Positions 26,302 through 41,301 are shown, numbered from the whole stretch's first letter. The stretch is 63,395 bases of DNA, filler included, from Bigelowiella natans CCMP2755 (GCA_000320545.1; 8 parts of 8 records of this genome joined end to end with filler, not necessarily neighbours in it), one strand, 5' to 3'. The notes: generated from the letters alone by a model not told the origin. Numbers and translations are program-made.

Positions 26302-26341
<40 letters not shown>

Positions 26342-26934
26342 TATAATCTATTACTTGCATCAGCCGAGCCGTTCATGATGATCTCTTTCCTTCCTGGTGT
26401 CGGCAGATCGCCAATGTTGACGTTGTAGAAGATGGAGTTTGTGATGACCTGAAACAAGACCGGGAAGAGAGAAATGGGGGGCATAGTGAGAAGAGAGAGA
26501 GGGAGAGAGAGAGAGAGAGAGAGAGTAAGTTGGAGTGACTTTGATCATATATCCAAAAAACAACGGAAAGGCTTTCGGATGTTATAACATAAAGCTCCAT
26601 ACAGTCATGGAGATACCACATATACACCCCACTACCACCATCATCACCACCATCATCACCACCATCATCACCATCATATCGTCATCGTCATCACAGGGAG
26701 GAATCATCATTCTACGTTGTCCGTTCCGTAGTGCTGGAAAAGACCGGCACTCTTGGTGTAAGCAGCTACGTTGTTCTCGAACAATATATCCCGTGAGCCT
26801 TCATCCGTGTAGTACCTAGCGGTTCATTCGTCACCCCCACCATCAATGCAGGCAGGTAGATAGGCAGGTGCCCACAGTAGATACTAGTGCTGTATGGATG
26901 TATCCATGTGTATGTGGGGGTGAGAAGGGGGGGG

Positions 26935-26978
<44 letters not shown>

Positions 26979-27538
26979 GAGGGGGCAGCCGACCCCCAGC
27001 CGCCGTAGCCGTACGACTGTACGTCTGTGCAGAGATTGTTGGAGACTCTCGAGTTCGGCTGGTGGCCCAAGGTGTACACGCACCTACACATCCACACAGT
27101 AGGAGCCAACCGTAATTATTTCATTGATGAGATGAGGGAGGGGGGGGGGTGGAGGGGGAGTCACGAATCGGCGCTTTAGCTACGACTGCGAGCCCAAAAA
27201 AGTCATTCAGTTGTGAAGACTGTCATATTTCTATCGGTTGGAAGGGAGAGGGAAGAGGCGAACGACGATGGACGACAACAACAACAATAACAACCCCATG
27301 TCCGACAAGTAGCCGAGGCCTAGATCGTGCAGATAGTTGCGCTCAATCACGATGTCGTGCACCACTGTGGGGCTGTATCTAAAGGTGGTGTCGAGTGGCA
27401 GTGCATTTAGTCAGAAATCCTGACTCATCAGGAGCATGACACTACTGCTCTCCCGACTACTTCACATATCTTCATTCACCATCCATCGCTGCCTGTCGCA
27501 GCTTGAATAATACATTGTTGCTACATTTCGACGACTTA

Positions 27539-27576
<38 letters not shown>

Positions 27577-27903
27577 TGATGATGATGATGACTACTGTAT
27601 CAACATGACGGCCACACTAATACTTCTACGACTACCCACCCCCAGGTCCATCCTGTGGATATCCCACTGTACCTAGGGAACCAAGGAAGGAGAAAGAGAA
27701 AGCAACAACAATTTCACCTAGAAGTCAAATTGTCATCATCACCACCACCACCACCACCACCACTTGTTATCATGATCATCGTCATCATGATTATCATGGA
27801 TTACAAACCGGAAGAAGCTGATTTCGTTGTGCTGTATCGAGACGTGAGAAGCTCTCTGCGACAACACCCCGCACCTGTGTATGTGTATGTGTATATTTCT
27901 CTC

Positions 27904-27936
<33 letters not shown>

Positions 27937-28563
27937 GTGTGTGTGTGTGTGTGTGTTTGTGTGCACTACTACCACAACTACTAGTACTACTACTAGTGTG
28001 GCTATAACAACCCATACTGCCACACGTGGCCGCCATCCTCCAGCACATTATCACTCACAGATATGTACTGCACATTATCGGTGATTGCGTCGCCTCTACC
28101 GACTCGAATACCTGCCGCAAGAACGAAGAAGAAAAGGAGATGGATATGAGTGAAGCTGCACAGGGGGGGCGGAGAGAGAGATAGAAGAAAGAGTTGTTTG
28201 AGTCGATTGCATTCTCCTCTCAATCGTCGTATAATATCGTTTCAGCTACTACATTACTCTACTAGGACTAGGCCGACCTCCAGCACCCAAATCCGTGAGG
28301 ACGTTGCTAGCAATTGTTATGTTTCGTGTTTCCATGTTCGACCAGACTCCGTAGCCCCCTTTTTAACAACCAAGATGATGATGATGATGACAATAATGAC
28401 AGTGATCCCACGGCGGGGCAGCAAATCGCTGCGATGAATTTAGTTTTCGTCATTAATTTCGCATAACATTCTTCGTAATCAAGCCATCAATATCACGTTT
28501 TCTACAACATCTACTGCAATGTTGCAAACTTCATGAGAAGCTTTCTCTTTCTCTTCTCCCTCC

Positions 28564-28608
<45 letters not shown>

Positions 28609-29231
28609 GCACATGCACACAAGCACCAGTGTTCCTGATGATACAGCTTCGAACTGAGCACGATGTAGCGAAGGCAAGTGATATGGAAGCTTTCTGGAGG
28701 AAATTGCCGCTTTGCATGTTGAATCCTTCACACAAATACAAACGAAACATTAGAAGCCTAAAAACAACGTAAAAGGGCACAATTCTTCTTCAAATAGAGC
28801 ATGAAAGGTGTCAGCAGCAGCAGCAGCAAACTACCTGCATTAATGTAGAAGGACTCAACTGATGTGTATGCAAAGTTCAGGTTCTCGAACGTTACATTCT
28901 GATCAAAATATGTTGCAGTTTCTAGTAAGCAAGAAGGTTGAAAACTATCTAGGTTGCTACTACTACATCGATGACGACAAACACAGAGCGTAGGTACCGA
29001 GACGGCTTTAGATGTGTTTCCCTGTAGCTCTACAAGCGACGTTATGTCTGATCGATGCGTGAAGATGATGATGATAGCGGTAATGATGATAATGATGATG
29101 GTGTGGTGGTGGTAGTGATAGTGATGACTTCTGCAAAAAAATATTCGCTCCAAGATCCATTTTGTGAATACTGCATAAAGCAAAACCACACACACACACA
29201 CACACGCACACATAGATAATGTATAAAATAG

Positions 29232-29267
<36 letters not shown>

Positions 29268-30936
29268 TTGTGATTATAATTTAGAGCCAGCATGCACGAT
29301 AGACCTGACACATAAAATCCTTCCCCTTGACTTGCCCCCTCCCCTTGGCCCTCCTCGGCGTTGTTGGGATCGTCGCCCTCCTCGAGAAACAGCATTATCT
29401 TTCTCTTGGCTGTGTCCATATAAAACTCTCCCGGCTCGTCGAGATGCTCGATCGCATTGAGGATGTAGTACCTTGATCCTGAACAGAGAGAAGACATTGA
29501 ACAAGAAGAAGAAGAAGAAGAAGAAGAAGAAGAAGAAGAGAAGGAAGACAAACCGATTCAGCTTACGACGTGATGATTGCGTGAAGTACGTGAATATTAC
29601 CTCCTCCGTCTGGATCTGACGGTGAGAAATCTAGGCGCATAAAATGAATGACATCATCGTCAATATAGTAACCGTCATAATCATCGCATCGAAGTCTATA
29701 GTACTCCAAACAAGGAAAGAGAAAGCGAAAATAAGAAGAATTCCTCGCTCAAAGACTACTTGGAATGGAGAAGAATAGGGTGCGGTTTTCGGGGACGATA
29801 GTCTTGATACGGTTGAAGTCCATCACCCATTTCTCGTACAGCACCTAAATGAGTGAATCAATGAGTGAACAAATGCATGATTGATGACAGCAGACACTCC
29901 AAGGGTCAGCATGCCCGTTCTAGCGTTAACGAAGGTGAAACGTACTCTCACTACCGCACATACCAGAAGCACATCGTCTTGCTGATAGTACTCCTCCCTG
30001 ACGTCTGTCGCCCGAAACTGTATCCACTCTCTGGAACAGTTCTCATATCTTAACAACGCTGATCGAGCAAGCTGAAGTCTCTCCGTCCCTCTGCGATCAA
30101 GCAAGAAATAAATCGGGGGGGGGAATGCGGATACGATGTGCGGATTGGACCATGAAGCAACAATACCTCCACATTTGCATTCTCGGACCGATATCCGTGA
30201 GATTAACGTGCTGTACCTCAGGAAATGGAGCTTCCCAAATATTCTGACAACCAAGAGGAAGAGGGACAAAGTTACTATCCATTATCAACCTGAAGCTGTA
30301 TTAGACCGGATGGCTCAACTGAGCGTGTGTGCTCGTAGATCTGCACTAAACAACAAAAACCTTGCTGCCTTTCTGAAGGTTCCATCCTATCATATGGCAT
30401 GGGCAAAAACCGAACCCGTAAGATCATGGGGGGAATGCAAAGAAGTCGAGCGCGTGTGATTGTATAACAGAAGGCTCCTCACTCTACACCGCCTTACCTG
30501 TAATTTCAAAGCCACCAGATATTGTTGCATTTTCGCCATAAAATTTGACCTCATACGAGCCATCGCCTCCATCCTCTGGGCCTAAGCACCAAACATGATG
30601 AAGGCGGTGATAGCAACTTGGCTGCTCGTTATAGAGTACTTACCCAGGATCAATGGGGTAGTCAGGCGATGTTCACCAGGCTCTAGAATGATGTTCACGT
30701 TCTCCTCTAATGAGAGTTCAAGATAGTCAGAAAGAAGTTGAGCTAGTTCAAGCTAGAAGACAGTTATGCGCCCTACCGAGCTTAAAGCCTAGTGCCCTTC
30801 TCTTTGCAAGTGCTTGAGGCAACAGGTCGACCCCAGGTTGCACGGTTATCTCGATCCCATAGCTAGAAGGAACGACAAAAGCCGGCAGAACTAGGAAAAA
30901 GAGGAGCGGAGAGATGGCATTGGGCGACGGCGTCAT
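25856..30936 (-). CDS. Secreted right-handed parallel beta-helix protein (GH141-like glycoside hydrolase); multi-exon, 3' truncated
   Basis: Signal peptide MTPSPNAISPLLFFLVLPAFVVPSSYG. Further motifs: ILEPGEHRLTTPLILG; YYILNAIEHLDEPGEFYMD; NVTFENLNFAYT; DLGAGG..GIRVG; YSGISTGWTWG; YTLGHQPNSRVSNNL..YGYGGWG; YYTDEGSRDILFENN. These are typical of bacterial-type beta-helix/GH141 proteins. Confidence 0.8.
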
Positions 30937-31491
30937 CCTGCAGCTTGGCGTTCCCAGGATTCGATTTGGGTAAGACTCCATTATTATTTCTCGTCGGAAC
31001 ACCAACCCGATCGTCAATGACAAAATCCCGATAATTACCGGGGATTCCCAGGAGAACAAGAGAAAGGGGGGTATCGGCGGCCAGCACAACTTGTCGCAGC
31101 ATGTTCGCAGGCTGTTTTTGCTCGCTTTGAGGCCGTCCGTTGTGTCGCAGGTAAGCTGGCACACAAAAATACCCGGAGTCAGACTTTCTCCACCGCAACA
31201 CAGGTTTCCCCAGGGTAGAATGCGGTCTATTTTCAGAATGCGACAATTCAATAATTCCCAGTCTCCCTGTGGTTCAGCACCTTACTGGCACTGAATGCTC
31301 ACTCCTGTGCAGCCAGAAGAGCAGCATTCCTCCCCATCGCCTGGGTTACACCTCACTGTCTCAAAGCCCCCTCAAACCGAGCAGCGGCCGCAATGCCTGC
31401 TTGTGGCTGTATCGTAGTTTGATCGAACAAGTAAAAAGGTGGAAATCAATCTAGACCAACGCGCGTCCTCATCAGCAGAACCTCAAACAAA

Positions 31492-32980
31492 ATGTCGCTA
31501 TCCACTGGATCCCCCCTTCGGCGAGCATTCGGGCTCGATCCCCCCCCCGTAGACCGGGCAAATAGCACCAGCAGCGTCACCGATTCAAACAAAAGCCCAC
31601 GCATAAACTTTCTGGCCCAGCACCTCCTCAATCTCTTCGACGAGGGAAAGGAGTGTGACGTCCTGTTTCAGTTGGATGACGGCGAGGTAGTCTGGAGGAG
31701 GAGGAGGAGGAGGAGGAGGAGGAGGCGGATCCCTTTGCTTCTTCCCCTTCCAATGATTCACCATATACTAATCGTATCGAGCAGATCGTTGGGGCGCACA
31801 AACTGATCCTGATCTCAGTGGAGTTTTTCCGACGGATGTTGGGCGGCAATTTTAGAGAGGGAACCAAGGATGAGCCTATCCGTCTTTCAGGGTTAACTAT
31901 AAACAACAAAACGACAACTTGTTTGGGTGCCTTGTTGATTTAGTAATGACAGCTCTGCTAAAACCCATTTCTGGTACATTTTCATCAGATTGACGGCAAG
32001 GGAGATGCGCCTAGTTTTCCGTTACATCTACACAGGTATGATAGAATTGACGATGGTCTTCCCGTCTATCGAATGCCAATATGATGTTTTCCGGTGTATC
32101 ATAGGGAATCTCGAGGAATCACTGACCCATAAGATGGCCCTCCGTTTGCTTAGGTAGTTCGCTGCTTACTAATCAGCCGTGGTGACTCATTTGTGATGAT
32201 ATATCACTCGAGAAAATTTGTCAACAATCTCTCTCTAATGAACGTTTTTGCCCCGGTTTAGGCTGTCTCAGATGTGGCTTTTCAGCAACCTTCGGCGCTC
32301 GGTGTGATAAGTGACATGCAGCGTCTCTTTATGAAGGAACTTTGAAAATTATTGTCACTTTGATAGAGATTGTCAATTCCTTTGAACAGGTGGTGGAGTG
32401 GGCTCTCGGTAACCTGGACAAGAAAACGTGCATACTGGTTGTGCACACCACGCAACAAAACTGAGCCCTTTCTAGTATTTTCCAATACATGAATGTGGGC
32501 CGTGCTTACAAACATAATGATACTGGCCATGAGTGGAACTAGGTTTGCTGAGCGCGTCTTCTTCTTCTTCTCCTTATTCTCCCCTCTCCCCCGATAACAG
32601 ACGTTCGTCAATGTCTCCAACGTCTTATTGTCCTCCCCGGAGGAGAAAGCTATGATCCGAATTCCTCCCGAGCGCAGTGTGGCTAGCAAGGGTGCAAGGC
32701 TGTTCAGAGCTATGTCAGCATCATCTTCGTATTCTCGCTCGAAACCGGCTTTGGGTATTATCGTTGTTCAAATATTTAACCCATGAGACCAACAACAGCA
32801 TAAGAATAAGAACGAAGACTGTGAAAGCAAGGAGAAACTATTCTCGTCATGCACATTATATGCATAAACCCCATCGTCGTCGTTTTTTGGTTGTCTTTCG
32901 TCAGAGGCCACGTTAGACGAAGGCTCTCAGATGAGCGAATACGAGAGATTCTTAAAGAGGTAGTATTGACAGTGGTAGAA

Positions 32981-33022
<42 letters not shown>

Positions 33023-33951
33023 TATACATATATCCTAGTTGAATGGGAAGAGTCGAATTGATGATGACAGTGCACACATCCTCCTCCTCCTCCCTCAGAT
33101 ACCGATCATTTCTACAAACACTCGCTACAAGGGACTTTCGAAAGGTGATGGTGATGGTGCGGCTGCTGTGCTTTACTACGATATTAATTTACGGAGTCGT
33201 GTGCTTATTCACGCCGCTACTGCCGCCGAATCCTCATTATCACCATCGTCGTCGTCATTGTCATCACCATCATTAGCGTCCCCCTCTGACCATCTCCTAC
33301 CGTTAATCTGTGTGAATTGATTGTAGGCGATACGAGAGCAAGCGAACGAACTTGCGAGGATTTCTGACTATAGGGCGCTCGAAGGTGTCCCCCACCCTCC
33401 CCCCCCCCCCCCCCTCCCTCCTGATAGCCCGAACCATTGTTGAACAGCAGCCTGTGTATGCATGCATCTCTAATATGCACCGAAACCGTTCCATCAATCG
33501 CGCATCATTCGACACGAAGCTTTACATCCATCCTTCGCTTCCCGGACGTGCTGAAACTCACTAGCATTTATCATCGATCCCCTTCTTTCTTTACAGCATT
33601 TGCTGCACTGGTGTCCAAGCGCGCGTACAAAGAGGATGAAGGGATGGGGAAAACCTCGTTCGTACGGAGAAGAGGCAGGGAGGCGGGCACCTTCGCGGCG
33701 TCTTCGGAGGAAAAGGAATGCCCGACTTCGCAAGGTCCTCATTTATGTAAAAATAGAACAGATGGCTGTTGTTGATTATCGTTTATTTCACATATGTTTG
33801 TGCGGGCCATCGACCAACCCAGGTTCGATCTTGAAGGCGCTTTTTGACGCTGTTGTCAAGTAATAATTACCCACTGTGAGGATGAGCGATCATGCGAACG
33901 CAAAGATCGGGACAGTAACAACGACAACAAACAAAAACAACAACAACCACA

Positions 33952-33983
<32 letters not shown>

Positions 33984-34296
33984 AACGATGGTAGTAATTA
34001 GTTATGATGGCGGTTTGCCGGGGCAGGAACTCCATACTTCTTGGGTAGATGAGGAGAAAATAGTGCTGACTCGATCAATCACACGGGTGCATAGGCAAAA
34101 TGCAGTACCGATGTGTGACCGAAGAGTACACCACAAACTACACCGAGAGTAAATCCGCCCGGTCGCGATATCTCACACATCATATTTCATAATAAATTGT
34201 GTTTAAAATAAATAGGTATTTTAAGGTCTCTTCAGATGCAATCTTCGTGAGAGAGGTCTTTTTTGAGATACTAGTGGTGTTAGTGCTAGCAGCAGC

Positions 34297-34334
<38 letters not shown>

Positions 34335-35789
34335 AAGTCCCTTTCTTTACAGGAGGCTGCTTGGTGTTTCTTCTACCTTGAGGCTGATCCATTATCATTA
34401 TCATCATCATTATTATTATTATTATTATTTCTCATTTGTTGCGTACTTATGCATCATTTTCATTCTTCTCGCCACCAACGACCACAGACAATGTACAACA
34501 TTCTCCCGCGGCTCAAATCGAACGGTCATCTCGCACTTCACTAAAGCAAGCGGATAACAATTAACAGTCCCGTATCATGGAATCCACCATAAGAACGACA
34601 CCTTCTGCTCCACAACCCAGCATAAGCATCGCACTCACAACACCGCCACTGTGTTTCTCAGAGAGGAAGAAGACAGCCGCGACGACAGAGACGGCGTTCT
34701 CCCCGGGTGAAAGTGGGAAAGGAGGAGAAGAAGGAGGAACTGGGGAGCAAGCGTCCGAAATATGCACCACCGACAAGTACACCTTGGCAGTTGCGACGCA
34801 AAGCATTGCAGCTGCTCGGAGCAGAAATAGCGGTCAGATCAGTGGCGCTTCGACCTCATCTGCATCTTCCTCTGGGTATCATCAATCCAGCCACTTTCGC
34901 AATGGCGACGACGATGGGGGAGAGAGCAACAGCTACGGAGAAGGAGAAGGAGGAGGACACACCAACAATAACAGCCACCGTCAATCTGATGGCGGGAGGG
35001 ATATGAAGGGCGAAGCAGGTATGCTCCTCCTCCTCCTCCTCCTCCTCCTCCTCCTCCTCATCGTCATCCTCATCCTCATGTTTTCATTTTGCAACACTTC
35101 CAAGGGATTTTACTTCCCTAATCTTTCGTTACTTCCTTCCCCGTCCCCCCCCCCCCCCCCCCCTCTCTCTCTCTCTCCTGACTTCAATACGCACAACAGC
35201 AACAGGCATACTAGGGCGTGCGGACAATGACGGTTCACCAGCATCATCACCATCACCATCAACACTGCCAAGCGACCCTGTGCACATCTACCTACTTGAG
35301 CTGAAGAAGGACTTCAAGACAGCCTCCAGGTGCTACTGCTGCTATCCTGTTCGCTGTTGTATATACACGATTGTGGTGTAGTTGGCTAGTGCCTTGAAAC
35401 GACGGCAGCAACGAATACAGCAGTACCCCCAATTGATACAATCAACGAAAGATCATGATGATGATGATGATGATGGCGCCGCTTGACGAGTTGATTTGAT
35501 TGATTCACTTCAACTGCTGCATGAGTACCTGTCCTACCCCCTTTCCTTCTCGTCGTCCATATAATATACCTCTTTATCATCATTCAGTAGTCGGCCATTC
35601 GTCGTTGTCTCGTTGCCTTTCTCCTCCTTGCATGTTTGTGCTTTCCCCGTGAGCATCGCTGTCGTCCTCCTCATCCCATCGTCATCATCCTCTCTTCTTC
35701 TTCTTCTTCTCATCATGATTTATATATCTCGTCTGTCTTTATCAGTGGTAGCTTTTCGATAGGCGACTCTGGTAGTAAGTAGTAGCAGT

Positions 35790-35824
<35 letters not shown>

Positions 35825-36824
35825 TAGAGCAGTAGTAGCAGGAGAGAACAGTAGTGGAGTAGAAGCAGTCGGCTGGTAGTTGTCTTCTCTCCTCGTCCTC
35901 TGCTCTAATCGATGTTGATGGTCCTAGATGATAAGTCTACAACCGAACGATTGATATGATAAAAGCTCATAGAGCAGACCTGTGAGCGCTTTTCTTCCGT
36001 ATTCTCTATCCTACAGGAATCGATGCTCAGTTCTACATCGACTGCCAAATGGAGACGAGGGATCGCTACCGAGGGTGTCTAGATTATAACTTGTTTTTGC
36101 ATCTCTCTTGTGTGTATGTGTGTGTGTGTGTGTATGTGTGTGTGTGTGTTCATATCGCGTGCGTGCGTGTGTAGTTATTACTATTATTTTCATTATTATT
36201 GCTCGCATTACTTATTAATAAAATAATCTCTCTGCGATTGCTTTGTGTTGAAATGCAATGCATGGCGGTGATATTGCTGCTTTAATTTACAAGATGGCAC
36301 GGAATCTACCTATGCCCTGACTGGCCTGAGCCAACGACACCGGATATGCCTCTCACATTCGAGGTACCACGTCGTCGTAGTAGTAGTAGTAGTAGTGGTA
36401 GTAGTAGTAGTGATTATGAGGAGGAAGAGGAGACCAGAAGATTGAGAGAAGGGGGAGGAGGAGGAGGAGGAGGAGGAGGAGAATACGAAATATTGATTAA
36501 CACGATGCCTTCATGCCTGCAGATGAAGTATATTTGCATCATGGTTTTTCATCATCTTTGCCTCTTCTTCCCCGCCTCCCCCCCCCCCCTTTCCCCTCTT
36601 CTCAAGGCACTTCCTACTCTCGTATCTTTTCGTCTGACCTTGACTGCGAGCGATCGGACCCTGTGGTAAAGATTACTAATAATAATCGTCTATCTACAGC
36701 TCACCACCACCATCACCACCACCATCATCATCATCATCATCATCGTCGTCGTCGTCATTGGAATTTCGCCCTACTACTAATCCATCGATAATAACAGTAA
36801 TGACAGTCGCTCGATGACGTCTCC

Positions 36825-36861
<37 letters not shown>

Positions 36862-37016
36862 TGTGTTGACCCTCCTCTTACCACCGGCGTCGCTATTACT
36901 ACGGCTACTATTAATACTACTACTACTTGAACGACAACATCAGGAAGTATAGCTCGGATCCCATTGTGTTTCTTGCTTCTGATACTGGATGGGGACAATG
37001 CAGAGCGGTAATACGC

Positions 37017-37064
<48 letters not shown>

Positions 37065-37120
37065 CATTAAAAAACATATTTATTCATATTTATGTTTGCT
37101 CTACTCGCACACACGAGACA

Positions 37121-37161
<41 letters not shown>

Positions 37162-38063
37162 GTGGAAGTATACCTCTCCTACTACCACTCCTAACTCCTT
37201 TCGTCTTCTTTTGACTCCTCACGGCTCTTCTGCCGCGCCGGTGTTGTTGATAATATTGTTGATGTTGCTGCTGCTGTTGTATTATAACACCATTTCGACA
37301 TCCACCTGGCCTTGGCTAATTTGTTTGGGCTGCTGCTGCTGCTGCTGCTGCTTATTTAAAAGGTGCGAAGTGCCGAGCTGCGCAAGCAGCGGTCTGCAGT
37401 CGTCAACTGCTATGCCCAGACTTCAGCCGTATTCCGCATGTAATAACGATCTTTACAGTGAGTGCAAGAAGAAGAAGAATAAGGAGGAGAAGGAGAGACG
37501 ATTACAAGATGGCGATCGATAGCATAGCTGCGAGGGAGGGCGTTTTGAGTTCGGGGACCGGTGAACACCGAACATCGGTGCCCCTTTTTATTCGACCAAT
37601 GGAGATATGGAGATATACATAAATAAATATATATATTATACACACATATATAAATATATATCATCATTATCATCATCATCATCATAATATTCGCTGTTAT
37701 TATGTCTCCCTGGCAGGTGCATCGCACATCTATACAGAAACTTTGAAAGCATCGATCCAGAGGTGGGTTCTTGTCCTCCTCACCCACTCTCATCAGACGA
37801 GCAGTACAACGATAACATGCAATTGCACACGCTCACGCTGTACGATTAATTCTCGCAGGTAATAGCTGGGTTAGATCCAAGAACTATGAGGTACAACCTT
37901 TGCTGCTATATTGTGTTTGTAACCACTCACTGCTTGGCACGTTGCATGCAGCATGATGCCTCTTCTCACCTCTTCTCCTTCTCACCTCTTCCTCCTCCCC
38001 CTCCTCCTACTTCCTGCTCGCTGCTCTCTCTCTATCGACCTACCAATCTATTTATTCATATAC

Positions 38064-38101
<38 letters not shown>

Positions 38102-38200
38102 AAGGTGCATGATCGTATCCAAATGGCCAGCAGTGAAAGGAGGCCGGATGGAGTCACGCCTCGATGCTATGTGCGGCAACCTATCTAGGAAGGTACTACC
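31492..38200 (+). CDS. BTB/POZ-domain protein; 3' extent uncertain (may be two genes)
   Basis: ECDVLFQLDDGE-IVGAHKLILISVEFFRRMLGGNFREGTKDEPIRLSG-LTAREMRLVFRYIYTG is a BTB domain. Further GT-AG-bounded exons run to the contig end. Confidence 0.7.
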
Positions 38201-38375
38201 TACACCTGGCAGTAGAAATAGTAGTAGTGGTAGCAGTAGTAGTCGTCGTCGTCGGCGTCGTCAGCGGCGTGGCGGNNNNNNNNNNNNNNNNNNNNNNNNN
38301 NNNNNNNNNNNNNNNNNNNTTAATTAATTAANNNNNNNNNNNNNNNNNNNNNNNNNNNNNNNNNNNNNNNNNNNN

Positions 38376-38852
38376 CTGCCTCTTGAACAATCTGACTACG
38401 CTATATATCGGTGCGATGCGAATCGGTGCACGAAAGCAAGTAGCTCGCTTACTGGGTCGGCGCATTGTAAAACTCCGAGAGCTCCGCCTCCATGTTGTCT
38501 TGCCTGGAGAGATTGTGACGCCAACGGGCGCGCGCGCGCACACACACACACACCAGAGAGGGGGGGGGGGGGGGGGGAGAGAGAGATCACACACTTTCAC
38601 TCGGACGGAAGACCACACACCGAGTACAACGGCCTCTAGTACAAACGTGGGAAGAATGATGCAGCGCAGATAGCTGAGCTCCTGCTCCACTCAACTCTTC
38701 TGTGGATGGCGAGCACGGGTTTCACGAGGAGGGGTGTGTCTAGTTCAAGGTTTTTCCAATCTCTCAGTCGCTACTTATCATCAAAAAATCATTACGAATG
38801 GCGGTCGTCCCGCTGCTGGCTCTCGCGCTCCATAGTCTGTGTAGCATGGTCA

Positions 38853-38895
<43 letters not shown>

Positions 38896-40640
38896 CGATG
38901 ATATCGACGAAAAATGGAGTAAACGAAGCACGAGAAGACGAGAGCGCCGAGGACTGTGGCACGGACCTTAAAGCATTCGTCGAGATCTTGCGATGGCTGC
39001 GTGATGTCCCCCGGCATTTCCTCTATTTATCACGCAACCAAAGGTGATAGGAAGGGGAAGAAAGACAAAAGATACTACTGAAGACATCTGCGGGTTTTGA
39101 TGGTCGTGATTCTCGAGAAAAAAAAACCCTCTCAACGCTCGCCTCCCCCTCCCTTCTCCCCCATTCCCTAATCCGCATGATCCTTATGATCATTACGTGT
39201 AAAGATGCGTTTCTGCTTCGTCAAATCGGACTCCGCGCCCTCCCTCGCTGTTGAGTGGAGATTAAGGAAGGGAGGGGAGGGAAGGGGGGGTTAGAAAAAG
39301 TGAGGAGATAGATGGTGTGGTGAAGGGGAGAGGGCGGAGGGGGGCGTTACCACCTGCAACATCGTTCGCGATTGTGACGATGTAATCTTCTCGATACAGC
39401 TGCAGATGTCAGCAAACATGCTTTCATTTTAGTGATTCGAGAAATGAGCTAGCAGTCAGGGAGGAGATAGGCGGGTATTGGGGAGAAGGGGAAGAAACGC
39501 CGTTTGCTTCTCACCTGATCCTCTTGTTGTGAATAGAGATCCGGGGCGCCGCTTGAGCTGAGAAGAGTTGCGAAAAATGATGAGTTCGCCTTCCAATGGT
39601 CACAGTTTAACAGGTCGTTACTCCCTTGGACAAATGGTTAACAATACAAGAATGGTAAGTGACAATACCCGAGGCTTGGGTCCATCAACTTCTTAATGGT
39701 GGCACTAACTTCCTCATCCTACATCGCGAGGTGTTACATATCAGCACGCAAGAACAATGATGATAAATAATGCGAAAGAAATGCAGAAATTTGTTTTTTT
39801 CTTTGGAGTGTCTCCTCATTCGAACGCTGCGAAACGCTGCGAAACTGATCACATTTCATAGAATGCTTTTCTTTACATTGTGAATATCGCTCGGCGTTCC
39901 GAAGACATTCGACCCAATCGACCCGAGAATCTGCGATAGCGGGGCGAGGGGAAATGTCAGAGCTCGAGGTCGTTATTTCTCGAGTTTCAAGAGTCAAAAC
40001 GTCGAAGCTTTTCGTAAGAACAATGACTGGGAAACGAACGAATCAATATTGCTTTACCTTAAAGTCGGTGACGTGCAGGACAAACTCTCCAGAGTCAATA
40101 TCCTGGAATAAGAAACGTGATTTATCGATATTGATAACAATAATTTGGCGAGGCGTATCTTGAGAAACGTACGTGCTGGAACAGAAACTCCAGTGGGAGC
40201 ATGACTGCGCCTGACAAGCATTGCAGAGGTCATGTCTAAGAAGTTTCATTCGCAAAACGTCACCGTACCTTTCAACGATGGAGCCCCTCGATATTTGTTG
40301 AGTATGGCTTTGACAGGTGCATCCTCGAAAATGCACTGCAAAAGATGATGTAGCCATGAATGTAGGAGGAAGATGTTGAATCTAAAACACGTGAGCAAGT
40401 GCGTGTAGCTACCCGTATATGATGTTTTTTATCCGACACACAATCCGGCCGGCCTTCCTTGTCAATCTGTCATAAAGGCGATTAAAGGCTTAATTACAGC
40501 GTACTCATTCTAACTTCTATCGGTGCCATCGTTGCGGCACCCACCGACACAATCTGAAGATTTTCCCGTTCCGGGTCTTCGTCATTGAGGTGCGCGAGCA
40601 AGGCCCGCTTGATCCAAGGCCCCCTAATCTCGTCCGTCAT
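38376..40640 (-). CDS. Putative TPP1/Est3 (ACD)-like telomere OB-fold protein; multi-exon, 3' truncated
   Basis: Spliced MTDEIRGPWIKRALL..NLQIVSV..PDCVSDKKHHIR-CIFEDAPV..SLKG..DIDSGEFVLHVTDFK..DEEVSATIKKL. This parallels the TPP1 OB pattern PWI..Q(L/V)..VSDGxHxxRC..EFxLxVxxF. Confidence 0.6.
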
Positions 40641-41301
40641 GATGTGATTAAATGGGGAGGTGTCGAATTTGGGACCTGGGAAGGGTTTTGGACCATAATT
40701 ATAGGTTATACAGGGGATAGATTTTTTCAATCTCTTCAGGCGAACAGTTTACAAAATCGGCCTGAGGGTGTGGATATGAATCTCCAAGTCAGCCTGGAAC
40801 ATCTAAAAAAACGATGTAGAAAATTTGGCGGGAACGAGCTTTGGGTTTGCTTGCGATGCTTGCTCCTTTAAAATCCGAGGACAGATGGGATTTAGCAATC
40901 CTTCTAAGCCGCATGACAACAACAACAACAAAAACAACAACAAAAACAAAACTCAATTCCAGGAAAAATAAATAGGTGAGTGTACGCATGGTTCGCGAAT
41001 ATTTACTTTCCCTTTTGTCTGTTCATATTTGGGGCAAAAAATTATGGTATTTCTCCGTATCAAGTTGCATACGTGAAACTCACATAAAATTCAATTCAGG
41101 GCCAAAGAATCAGTTTTAGTTTTCTGTTGGGGGGGGGCAGGGGCGATTTTTTAGATTGCTTCCTCCCCCCCCTGGGGTTAATTTCACGTGGTATTGACAT
41201 TCACTTCAATCGAACATCCGAAGCGCACCCTGCCATAGCCGGTTAGAAAACGGGTTCGCCGACTGGGAGGCGACGGGAGCTGCCTGGAAGCAGAGAAGTG
41301 A

